A stretch of 56,714 bases of DNA, counting the filler, from Jimgerdemannia flammicorona (taxonomy: Eukaryota): the NCBI GenBank assembly GCA_003990765.1. It is 3 parts of 3 records of this genome, joined end to end, with 100 filler letters (N's around TTAATTAATTAA, not from the genome) between each part and the next. Parts side by side here need not be neighbours in the genome. Positions count along the whole stretch, not along the records: positions 37,878 to 56,714 come from RBNJ01002097.1; 2 more parts are not named here. One strand, written 5' to 3'. The position numbers and the translations under genes were made by a program. Of this stretch, positions 37,878 through 49,590 are shown in pieces; the first letter of the stretch is position 1, and each line of letters opens with the position of its first letter. The notes beneath the pieces are model-generated. The model worked only from the letters and a program-made list of their open reading frames with translations, had not been told where the DNA came from and did not search any database.

Positions 37878-40800
37878 CGATCTTCATGGGGTCTGTGTGG
37901 ATTCTGGTCTGGTTGATGAGGTGTCCTAGATAGGCGATTTCTTAAGCTGCAAACTTGCATTTCTTGGGCTTGATGTAGAGGCCATGCTCCTTGAGCTTCT
38001 TGAGGGCTAGCTATATGTGATTGACATGTTCCCATGCAGTGTTGCTGAAGATGATCACATCATCAACATAGACAAAGAGCCATTTTCCAATCTCATTGCT
38101 GAAGACTCTGTTCATCATTTGCTGGAAACTTGCTGGGGCATTGTACATTCCAAATGATATTCGCAGATAGATATAGGTGGCATCAGGTGTGATGAAGGCT
38201 GATTTCTCACTAGCATCTTGAGTGAGACTGATCTGATAGAAGCCTGAGAACAGATCCAAGGTGGTGTAGTATTTGGCTTTGCTTCCAAGGGTGGTAAGGA
38301 TTTCTTGAATATTTGGCAAGGGCTGCCTATCCTTCTTGGTGATGGCATTGAGCTTTCTGTAGTCAATGCAGAGTCTTGGCGCAAACTCTCCAGGCTTGCT
38401 TCCTTTCTTCGGGGCTAGGACAATGAGTGAGGCCCAGGGGCTGATAGCTTGCTTGATGATTCCGGCTTCTTCCATTTCCTTGAGTTCTGCTCGCAGCCAC
38501 TCTCTGTAGGCAGGTGGTATGGGTCTGGCTTTCTGGTAGATGGGCTTGGTATCACCAGTGTCAACTTTGTGGTAGTACTTGGGTTCTTGATTGTGGATAT
38601 CCCTAAAGTCTGTAGCAAGTACTCCTTTGTTCTGGTACAGAATCTTGAGAAGTTGTTCCTCCAGGGGAAAGTTTTCTCCAATGGTATATATGTGCTTGTT
38701 CTGGTCCTTGTCTTTCTTGTGCTCAAGTTCAGTAATCTTGGTGGTGGCATAGGCTCCTCTTCCAGTAGATCCAAAGCCTTGTTCTCCTCTCTTGGTCTTG
38801 ATGAGTTCGATGGCTTCTATGATCTTGGGCTTCTTGATTTCGTGGATCAGCATCTGGCCAATCCTGTCATACTTCTTGACTTCAAAGGGGGTGGTGTGGT
38901 TGTGATTTCTGACTATGAGAAAGATCTCGCCAGTGTAATCAGGGTCAATCACTCCTCCTTCAACTGAGATTTCGCTTTTGGTCAGACTGCTCCTGGTCTT
39001 GATAATTCCGGCATGGTTTTCTGGCAGCTTGACTCCAATTCTGGTGCCAAGTAGGGTGGTGGTCTGTGGTTCGAGGGTAGTATCTTGAATGCTGGCAAGG
39101 TCCATTCCTATGGCTCCTTCAGTCTTGTATTCTGGGATCTTGGCTTCGGGGTGAAACTTCTTGACCTTGTGGGTGATGTCTGATTCTTGTTCCTCCTCAT
39201 CATCACTGTCAGCTTGAAGCTCTGGGGGCTGGTCATCTTCTTCTGCTTTCCTTTTTACTTTGGCGGCTTCTTGCTCATGTTTCTGTTGGTGGATTTTCCT
39301 GACTTCACTGATACAGGACCAGCAGTCATTCAGGTGTTCAGAGCAGTACATCCTAGTACCATGGGGGCATCTTCCTTAAGGGGCATAGCCATCAATAATC
39401 TTGTTATACCACTGCTCATCTGTGAGCTTGGGTGTCTTGCTCTTGTTCTTGTTCACCGAGTACATGAAGACCTCTGTGTCTTCTTCATCTCCTTCCTTCA
39501 TGTCTGGTAGGACTCCTTTGTGGACATTGATAGAGACTCGTACCTTTCTTCCTCTGTAGTTGATCTGTATCTTCTGGGCATTGAGGTCAATGATGGCCTT
39601 GGCCTTGTGAAGCCATTGGTTGCCAATGAGGATGTCATAGTTGGTAGCACTTGTAACAATCATGTCTACTGGGATGGTAGCTCCTCCTATCTTGATGGAG
39701 ACTTCTCAGATTTTGCCTAGGGGGGTAGCTTGTGTACCGTCTGCTGTGACATAGACCATCTTGGTGGACTCTTCAATATCTCAACCTAGGTGGTCAATTG
39801 TCTTCTTGCTCATGAGGCATCCTCCAGCACTAATATCAATGATGGCATCAAAGATACAGTCTTCAATCTGGCAGGGGGTATAGGCTGATGTCTTGTGCTG
39901 GTCTTCAGATTCTTCACCTGAGTTCTCAGATTCTTTCTGTGCATTGTGAGCTTCTACAATCTTGTACTCTTGATTCTTGGCTGTAGTTGCAAGTCTTACT
40001 CTCAACTGCTGTCTGAAGGCAGGGACTTCAGCTAGCTGTCCAAAAGTGGCATTGACCTTCTGTTCCTTGAGGTCCTTGTAGATGTCATACTGGTGGATCT
40101 TGGTCTTGCGCAGCTTCTGTTCCTTCTTGCTTTCACTTTCTCCTGAGACTGAAGTAGTGCCTTCAATGATTTGGCGGGCAGCTTCATCTAACTCCATATC
40201 TTGGTCAATCTCCTCGGGTTGAGTTTTGCTTTGAATAGTGACAGCTGGGGTCTTCTTTAGTCTTCCAACTAACTTGCTATTGCTCTTCTTGTCATAGGGC
40301 TTGGACTGGGTTCTGGTACCTTCAGTAGCAGGGTAGAATTCGAGCTTCTCGTAGTATTCTTCATCATCAGTATCACCAATCTCCTCGATGACTACTGCAT
40401 TGGTTTGTTCTCTGGTTCTGCTAGCATTGCTTGGTTGGGCTTTGCGTCTTGTTTTAGTCATGCAACTCTTTGCATAATGGCCTTCTTCTCCACATCTGAA
40501 GCATATGATATTGTATTCTTCTGTAGCAGCTGCAAATCTCTGCACTGGTCTCCTGTTGGCACTTTGGACTTCTCTAACAACATCACCAAGATGTGCAGTC
40601 ATCTCGGCGAACTGCTTGGCAAGTTCCTCCACTGGGTCAGCTTTGGCTATCTTGGGGGTAGGTGAGGTTGGTTGTCTGTTTACAACTGTGGCAGGTAAGA
40701 TACTAGTTGGCTTTGATGGCTCCATCTTGATGCCAGTTATTTTCTCCATTAAGTGTATCTGGCAGTCCAATATCTCTGTGCAAAGACCACTTCTGATCAA

Positions 40801-41255
40801 GGGTCAGTGCAGTTAGGGTAGACCGGATTGCTAGGGCAATTTCAGGGTGAACTCCTTTGAGGAAGGTTAAATCTACTATTTGATCCTTGAGGCAGTCATC
40901 ATAGCCAGTCAAGACAATCTGGTGGCAGATTCAGGTATAGAATGAGTTGGGATCTTCACTAAGTCCCTGGCAGATAGTATTGAGTTGATCCTTGAGAGCT
41001 TGCTTGATCTCTTCGGTATAATATGTTGTTCTGAGGAAGACCTTCATGTTGGCAAGTTTGACTGCATCAGTACCAGCAATAGTGGCTGCATTGAACTTGT
41101 CTCTAGCAGGTCCTCTAAGGCTGACTGGTAGAAGGGCCAATTGAGCATCCACATCAAGGGCTCATATGGTGGCGAATTGTTCAAAGTCTTCAATGAAGGT
41201 CAGGATTGACTCTTCAGTAGTATATCTATAGAATGTAGGGGGACGCATTTCCATC
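37878..41255 (-). pseudogene. pol: gag-pol polyprotein of Gypsy 2 with scattered stops and a frameshift
   Basis: ORF pieces 41162-41380, 40931-41152, 40703-40912, 39781-40800, 39376-39663, 38011-39351. Confidence 0.9.
38761..39168 (-). CDS. dut: dUTPase domain between protease and RT, open, with all five motifs
   Basis: AIGMDL, KTRSSL, GVIDPDYTGEI, DRIGQM, RGEQGFGSTG inside ORF 38011-39351. Confidence 0.93.
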
Positions 41256-41374
41256 TTGTCTTGAATTCTTGCAGGGGTGACTCTTGTAGTCAGGGTAGTT
41301 GTTGTGGAAGTTGTTTGTTTTTCAGCTTGAAAGTGAGGGATTTGTCTTGAATCACCAGCCAATGGGCACCAAGT

Positions 41375-42913
41375 TGTCATGTAGTGGTCACTGAGTCCTT
41401 CAAATATGCCAGATTCTCTTCAAGGTGTATCTCTTAGACTAACTCAAGTTTGTTATAAGCAAGTTCTTATTGGAGTGCCTTCCCAAGGTCTTATAGTCCT
41501 CAAACTTCTTATCTTTAACTGTCTTATTATCTCTTAGATTGCTTGCAAGAAAGTGTGTATAGGTGAACTTGACTGACTTTATTTCAAAGGAAATAAGAGG
41601 GGTATTTATACAAAATATAATTCAATAGTTGCTAAGATATAAAGCTAAATATAAATTCCAATAACTAAAACTACTGAGTTCCAGGGCTGGCATTGATGGT
41701 TGTACAGGTTCAGGATACTGGCATTATTTAGTGTCACATCAAAATGCCAATACTGGAACAATTTCATGTCACCTCAAAATACCAGTGCTGGCATTATCCA
41801 GTGTTACATGAGAATACCGGTGCTGGCATTATCCAGTATAGCAAAAGACTTAGAGCAGAAAGTTCAGGATCATGGGGACTTCATCATCATCATCATCACT
41901 GAAGGAGATGAGATCTGTGAATTCATCATGCAGGTCACGCGTTTCACGTATATCGATGTTGTACGGGATGACGTCATCGCTGATGATGTCATCACGTTCG
42001 GCTGTAGTGGGGAAATCGGGAACAAGGTCTGGAGCTCTCTAGTCTATGAGGTTCTCTTCCACAAAATAGGGAACAAATATGGGGTCTTGGAGAGGTCTAA
42101 CCTGGATGCTTGGGCCTTGGAATACTGAGAACAATCCTTGCAGGAATTGATCTGGGTTGTCCTGGAGGATAGGGTGCCAGAAGTCTTCTACTTCTTCACT
42201 GTTAAGAGTGATAGTGGACTGGGCTTCTGTAGCCACCCTGGCTTCTAGTGCATTGATATGGCAGGATGACAGGTCTCTGAAGTCTGAGACTCTAACATAC
42301 TCTAAGTTGGGGATCGACCATGGTGTATGCCTGAAGATCTGATAGATCTTCTTAGCTGTCCTTATTTTGCATATATCTATGGAAGTGGCATCTTGTAGCT
42401 CTTGGGTGCTGGCCTGTGGGAACTCCCGGCAGAGGAGGTTTCTTATTTCATACTCCTGCCACATTTGGAGGTATTTGGTAGCAATGGTGATCCTTGTTTC
42501 CATTTCACGACAGTAGAGAATGAAGTGATAAGGGTCTGTAGTATCCAGGTAGACACTAGGAGTCCTTCTTGAGCGGGTCCCCATAGCTCTTCTGATGTCT
42601 TAGAACATTCTTTCCTCGACTGAGATACCTTGGTGATTCCTTAACCTTGAGGTTTGGTGGGCAGCAGGCATTTCATTTGTGGTAAGTCTTTGAGCTATTT
42701 TGGGATTGGTGGTTCTTGTTGGTTGCTGCTACTGCGGTTCCTTAATCCTTCTTTTATATTCTTCAGGATGCTTATACTGTGGTCACAATGACTCACAGTT
42801 GGTCATCATTGCTCATCTCATATGCCGTATGATCTTCTTGTACTCCGATCTGGTAGCTTGCAAGGAAAGGCTGTCTCCTGTGCTGATGTCATCATTCTGG
42901 GGTCACCGTTATA
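41375..42913 (-). repeat. 5' LTR (family B, 1539 bp)
   Basis: Highly similar to 46675-48155; termini TATAAC (decayed TGTAAC)...TGACA; adjacent PBS. Confidence 0.9.
41850..42608 (-). pseudogene. U3-encoded ORF of LTR family B, copy 1
   Basis: 181-aa open part 42039-42584; in-frame acidic extension after TAG to TAA at 41850. Confidence 0.65.
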
Positions 42914-43059
42914 ATATATTGATTCTATAAGAGTATTATCTTGTGAAGACATATCTTTCAGTAATGTACTGATACTATTTCTGGTCTCAATCTTGAGGTT
43001 CTTCAATATAGACAATCTTTTGTATCCTGGTCTTCTTCTTGGTCTTATTAGGGTACTTT

Positions 43060-43480
43060 TTTATTGATCCAAAGGCTTTCTCTTCTCTATTAGTGAGTAA
43101 TAGATCATTTGCTTCTTCTACTTCAAGGTCATTATATATTACTTTAATAATAGCTTAGGCAATTCATTTTTTATATATAATTTCAACAGTCTTTTATCTA
43201 GTATTATATAGTAGAACCTTGATTTCACTTTTGAATTCTTGATCTATAACTCCTCTAGCTATATAGAGTCTTTCTTTCTTGATCAGACTACTCTTTTCTA
43301 TAAGATAGATATAGATTCCTTTCAGGACCTCCATTCTAATATCTATGCTGATAGTTGCTTACTTATCTGGTTTGATAGTTACTTCTATACTTGAGTAGAG
43401 GTCATAGCCAGTATCAGATTTATGTACCTTATCTGAGATTCTTATAGTATTATAAAATCTTTTGATCTTAATTTTTCTCA
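43060..43480 (-). pseudogene. dut: dUTPase domain of Gypsy 3, just after the zinc knuckle
   Basis: SDTGYDLYS, EKSSL, RGVIDQEFKSEIKVLLYN, *IA*AII, REEKAFGS. Confidence 0.82.
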
Positions 43481-44500
43481 GAGGTTCTTTTGAGATTATC
43501 TCCTATCATAGTGATGATATGTCAGAAAGATAGTTCTTTGTTATATTGATCTTCTTGTTAGAGTATTTGCAAGATATGTGTTCTCTTTTTTTATAATAGA
43601 AATATACTCTTTTCTTTATAAGTTCTTTTATTTCCTTGTCAGATAATTTCTTAAATCCTCTTTGTAGTCTTATAGATTTATTCCAGAGTTTATACTTCTT
43701 CTCAAATTGACATCATTTATCTCCTTTGTTGTTGCTTCTATTGTCTCATAGCCTTTGGGCTGCAAGAATAGTACATACTTAGATAATAGCTTATTCTAGA
43801 TACTATTATTCATATGGGCAATTATAGAGTTATTCTTATTTATGAATTTTTTTTAATAACTATCCAGAGATAGTATCAAAAAAATAAGTAGCTTAGGTTC
43901 TATTTACTATCTGTTCTTAGAGACTATATTCTGCTCTTATAGTATTCAGAAAAGTTTTAAGTTTTATAACAAATACTTTGAGGTCTTTTTTTCTATTATT
44001 ATAGAATTATAGGTTCTTGAGCTTAGTTCTGACTTCAGTAATATGAGTAGAGCTATGGAACTGCTGAATGATTAACTCTTTTAGCCCAATGGTAGCTAAG
44101 TGGGCTTCATAGTTAGAGTGATTATCATTTCCATTACTTGTAAGAATTTCAGTCTAGGTTTCTTAAGTAAGAGGATATATAGTAAATTATACTACTACTA
44201 GATAGCTATTTTTGTAAAATATATAGCAACTTTTTTTACATGCAAGCTTGTAGTTATATAAAAATCTTCAATCTCATAGTATATACTAATTTTAAGGATA
44301 TTATCTGAGTTTCAGTTATTATTCTAACTATTGATATAGTAGTTGGTATTAACTTGACCAATGAATATTGTTACTTAGTCTACTTTATCTTTTAATAAAG
44401 TAAGGTGGAGGCCTTTTGTAGACTTATTTGTTTCAATACTGAGATAAAGAACTTGAGTGAGTATGGCTACTTAGTTAGCCAATACTGCTATCTTATTATC

Positions 44501-46178
44501 TTTTTTTTTTTTTTTTATAGTCACTTGGACTTCTCTTTATTACTGCTGTCTATAATAATAGTAATATAATATCACCCCCTCCCCTCAACCAATACCCCTC
44601 AGAACTACTCCTCTATCCTCCACTCTCCTCTGCCAGAGGATAATCCAGTTGCCCACTACCTGAATCCTCCCACTACTTTTCTGAGAGATACATAGTACCA
44701 AACCCCTGTGACTCCTCCACCTGGCCCCCACCCTCACCACTAACCATTCAAAATATTCAGTATTAGCCATTCCTAATGTGCCACCCTATCCCCAACTCTA
44801 ACCCACTGGTCCTCCTCAAATACATGTACCCAATACCCCACTATCCCAACTCATATGGCCAGAGCCCAACTGAGGGTCAGCCATTCATCTCCTACCCCTC
44901 CTACCAGCCTATGGCAGAGCTCTCCCCACCTCTCTCCTTCCCCTCCCTCCAGGGCTTACAGCCCTAACTGGTCCATGATATGATACTAAAATACCCCCAA
45001 AACTTCACACTCACTAAGCCAATGTTCAGGTATTTGTACCACTCGCCCTTCCTGTCTGACATCTAAACATTCCTCACACTCAAACATACCACTGGCCACC
45101 AGTGCCCAGATCGATAGTTCAACATCACATTCCATTGTAGAACTCACCACCATCTTACCCAGAACTTGGGGAGTACCCACTACTTCACTCGCTCACTCCA
45201 AAGCCAGATACCATTCCAGTCCCACTCCTTGCCAATCTCAACTCTCTGCCAGGCTTCAGGCCAAAGGTCCCCACTGAAGCCCCACAAGCACTCCATTCCA
45301 TCACTAACCTGGAAGTCCTCCACCAAAACACTGCCCAGCAGTAGCCTATCTTATTGCTACATCTGCAGTCTCCAATCCTCCTCTCTCTTCTCACCCTGCT
45401 ACTGAAGTCCAATTTTTTTTATACCATCTACCACTCCCCACCAAAAGCCCTTATACCACATCCTCCTGCTCCCATCCATGGCCACCATCGCAAGTAGGTC
45501 ACCAGAAGCTCCATGGAGAGAATACCGGGCCTCCCACACTCTCTGCATAAGTGGTACCCACTTCTGACCCCTCAGCTCGCTTGCCCTCCTCAGCCACCAG
45601 ACTCTCAAGCAGTGAAGGTATTTAGTAAAGTCCATTAAACCTAGCCCACCTCTTTCCACTGATAGGGTAAGAACCTTCCATCCTATCTGACTTTACTGCC
45701 CTGCCCATATCCATGATCTTGCTATCTTCAACAGTCTCCTGACCACCCAAGCTGGGAAGTCCAGATGATACCCTACATACCACAGCTTCAGCAGCCAATA
45801 CACATTCAGCACTATCACCCTTCCTGCCAAGGATATAAGCTGACCACCCCATCACAGAAGTACATTATCCCACTCCAGGAGTCATTGATCCCACTAAGCA
45901 TGGAGGAGAAGAGACTCAAACACCAAAAAGTAGATCCCCAGGTAATAAACTAGCTCTCCTGCCAGCACCACCATCCCAATCATGTCACCATCAATGATTC
46001 TGCCACCTAGCACCAGAGTCTCACATTTGTGTCAATTAAGTTTAGCACCAGAGCCCCTTTCATACTATTCAACAGATCTTCTCAATTCCCCCACATCTGT
46101 CAACGAGCCCAGTCCCACCACCATATTATCTGCAAAGGCCCCCACCTTCCAATTTATCCCTAGAATGTCCAACCCCCC
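44501..46178 (-). mobile_element. 5'-truncated LINE (RT FADN to poly(A))
   Basis: Poly(T) 44501-44516; perfect 17-bp TSD actgctatcttattatc (44484-44500 / 46179-46195); homologous to 18941-20410. Confidence 0.92.
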
Positions 46179-46674
46179 ACTGCTATCTTATTATCTACTG
46201 ATGTTATTCTGCTATTTCTATTATCTATTTAGTAAGATGATTTAGATTCTTCTCCCTCTATTGTTGTAGTATGTTGGTCATAGTTTAGAGCCAATTCTTC
46301 TATAATATTGCTGAGATGGGTGAGCCTATAGGCTGACAGTATTGATAAAGTGATTTTTAGATCTGTTGTGATCTTAGATAGGCTCGATATTCTTAGTGAT
46401 AGTTCTATAATAGTACTGGGGTCACCAATATCAGATTTGGAAGTTTCTTCAATTATCTTCTTTGATCTTAACAATATAGAAAGAATTTTACTGAGTTCAG
46501 CAGCTTGTAGTTTTTATTACTGAATTATTCTTACTTATATATAGAGAATTCAGTAATAGAAGTAAGATTTCTTTTAGTAGGTATAGTATTTCTTATAGTT
46601 TAGAAAAGTCTTGGCTTTGTAGTAGTAATTATTTGAGAGATGATTTAGAAAATATTTGGTTATAGTCTTGATAG

Positions 46675-48388
46675 TGTAATGGTGACCCCAGAATGATGAC
46701 ATCAGCACAGGAGACAGCCTTTCCTTGCAAGCTACCAGATCGAAGTACAAGAAGATCATACGGCATACAAGATGAGCAATAATGACCAACTGTGAGTCAT
46801 TGTGACCACAGTACAAGCATCCTGAAGAATATAAAAGAAGGATCAAGGAACCGCAGTAGCAGCAACCAACAAGAACCACTAATCCCAAAATAGCTCAAAG
46901 ACTTACCACAAATGAAATACCTGCTGCCTGCCAAACCTCAAGGTCAAGGAATCACCAAGGTATCTCAGTCAAGGAAAGGATGTTCCAAGACATCAGAAGA
47001 GCCATGGGGACCTGCTCAAGAAGGACTCCTAGCATCAACCTGGGTACTGCAGACCCCTATCACTTCATTCTCTACTGCCGCGAAATGGAAACAAGGATCA
47101 CCATTACCACTGAATGCCTCCAAATGTGGCAGGAGTATGAAATAGGAAACCTCCTCTGCCGGGAGTTCCCACAGGCCAGCACCCAAGAGCTACAAGATGC
47201 TACTCCCATAGATATATATGAAACAAGGACAGCTAAGAAGATCCATCAGATCTTCAGGCATGCACCATGGTCGATCCCCAACTTGGAGTATGTTAGAGTC
47301 TCAGACTTTAGAGACCTGTCATCCTGCCATATCAATGCGCTAGAAGCCAGGGTGGCTACAGAAGCCCAGTCCACTATCACCCTCAACAGTGAAGAAGTAG
47401 AAGACTTCTGGCACTCCATCCTTCAGGACAACCCAGACCAGTTCCTGCAAGGGTTGATCTCAGTATTCCAAGGCCCAAGCATCCAGGTTAGACCTCCCCA
47501 GGACCCCACATTTATTCCTTATTTTGTGGAAGAGAACCTCATAGACTAGAGAGCTCCAGATCTTATCCCTGATTTCCCTGCCGAACGTGATGACGTCATC
47601 AGTGATGACATCATCCCGTGTGACATTGACATATCCGAAGCACGTGAACCGCATGACGAAGCATCCAAAGTACACGAAATGCATGACCTGCATGACGAAT
47701 TCACAGATCTCATCTCCTTCAGCGATGATGATGATGATGATGATGAAGCCCCCATAGTTCTGAACTTTCTGCTCTAAGTTCTTTGTAACACTGAATAATG
47801 CTAGCACCGGTATTCTGAAGTGACACAGATTTATTCCAGCACCGGCATTTCATTTTATTTTAGTTATTGGAGTTTATATTTAGCTTTATATCTTAGCAAC
47901 CATTGAATTATATTTTGTATAAATACCCCTCTTATTTTCTCTGAAATAAAGTCAGTCAAGTTCACCTACACATACTTCCTTGCAAGTAATCTAAGAGATA
48001 ACAAGACAATTTAAAGATAAGAAGTTTGAGGACTATAAGACCTTGGGAAGGCACTCCAATAAGAACTTGCTTATAACAAACTTGTAGTTAGTCTAAGAGA
48101 TATACCTTGAAGAAAATCTGATATATTTGAAGGACTCAATGCCCACTATATAACAATGTAGATAATATAGTCCCCACAGTCAAGTTTCAGTCAAGTTCAC
48201 TTACACACACTTCCTTGCAAGCAATCTAAGAGATAATAAGACAGTTAAAGATAAGAAGTTTGAGAACTATAAGACCTTGGGAAGGCACTCCAAAAAGAAC
48301 TTACTTATAACAAACTTGAGTTAGTCTAAGAGATACACCTTGAAGAGAATCTGGCGTATTTGAAGGACTCAGCGACCACTACATGACA
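46675..48388 (+). mobile_element. Solo LTR (family B) with tandem duplication of its 3' ~200 bp
   Basis: TGTAAT...TGACA termini; 4-bp TSD atag; ~47950-48155 repeated at ~48185-48388. Confidence 0.9.
46980..47777 (+). CDS. U3-encoded ORF of LTR family B, copy 2 (189 aa open plus in-frame acidic extension after TAG 47547-47549)
   Basis: ORF conserved in both LTR copies; the indels in the extension preserve frame. Confidence 0.65.
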
Positions 48389-49244
48389 ATAGATTCTTAG
48401 ATATATTTTTTATAGAAGTAGCTGCTAACTAGGTTGTTAAATCTCTTCTTGAGTTCTGAGATATAGGGGATATTTTTGTTAAGTATAAAAAAAATGTTGA
48501 ATATCTCTTAGATGATTTTATTATTGAGTTTATCAAACTCCTCTTAGCTGGTGTAAGTTTTGGTCTACTTAGTGATGATTCTGTTGACTTCTTCTACTTA
48601 AGTCTAAAGAGTATCTAGGGTAAAAGTATTTCTTTACTATTACTATTAATATCAGTAATATTGATCAGTATCTGATTATCTATAGTAGATTCTTAAAAAA
48701 AGATTACTTGTAGATAAGGAGAAATCAACCACTGCTACCAAATTATAATAAAACTATATATTAATAGAATTACTATATTATAGATAATCAATAGTAACTA
48801 TTAGCTCTAAGTTCTAAATTCTTAAAGAAGTACTAAGTTCTGAATCACCTATTATAATAAAGTTTAAGTATTGCTTTCAGGTTTGACTGAGTATAGGAGG
48901 CCATACTTGTATCCCAAGTTGATCAGACTTGGAATTATTAATAAGTCAGATCTGAGGTTTTTATAATAAGAATACTACTTTATTCTTATATTTAGAGAAA
49001 GTAGAGCTGAGGTTGCAATTTACTTAGTATAGAGAATATTTATACATATTTGAAACTATGACTAAATATGGTGTACTGGGTATGTCTATATATAATTATA
49101 CTACTTTGAGTAACTATGACTACTAGTCAGAAATTTCAGAGGCTTATAATGATTTATTATAATATTTTATATCAATTTAAATAATATAACCTTATATTTA
49201 TATTATATTATATTATATTATATTATATTTAGTGCTCCGAACGA

Positions 49245-49380
49245 ATGGAGTTGATCTGGATGAGATTCAATTCAGATTCATCATGTGATGGATTCGAATC
49301 AACTCAGATTGGTCTCGTGATCTGATCCGGATTGATCCATCTGGATGATCCATCCAGATTGATCCATCTGGATTGAAATC
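49245..49380. repeat. hAT subterminal repeats (left)
   Basis: Reiterated gattgatccatctgga and gattc motifs. Confidence 0.7.
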
Positions 49381-49590
49381 TTTGGTGACATCACTCTTTC
49401 TTTTGTTTATTTTGCTCTTGTTTTTTTTTTCTGCCGCACTTTGGTGACATCACCCTTTCCTTTGTTCTCTCTCTTTTCTTTGTTCTTTTCTTTGTTCTTT
49501 TTCTTTGTTCTTTCCTGCCGCATCACGAGCAAACAAAACAGCAGCCCTTAATTTGTACATTGGTCCAGTCTACTCATTTTTCACCCTGTA

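Larger units (their letters stand above)
37878..42913 (-). mobile_element. Ty3/Gypsy retrotransposon 2 (5' LTR family B-PBS-gag-ZK-PR-dUTPase-RT); remainder lost in the gap
   Basis: LTR 41375-42913; PBS TGGTGCCC at ~41364-41371; CFRCGEEGHYAKSC; AIIDISAG (decayed DTGA); dUTPase; RLCIDYRKLN, LDLFSGFYQI, YVDD. Confidence 0.93.
42914..49148 (-). mobile_element. Heavily decayed Ty3/Gypsy element 3 (LTR ~48744-49148, PBS, gag, ZK, dUTPase) hosting a LINE and a solo LTR
   Basis: PBS TGGTAGCAGTGG 48729-48740; decayed ZK YFYYKKREHISCKY ~43565-43610; dUTPase; continuity across the insertions shown by their TSDs. Confidence 0.7.

Noticed and set aside
38761..39168. Endogenous retrovirus or caulimovirus because of dUTPase
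   Set aside because: RT motifs, PBS and LTR organisation are Ty3/Gypsy-like; no env or movement protein is visible, although the 3' end is in the gap
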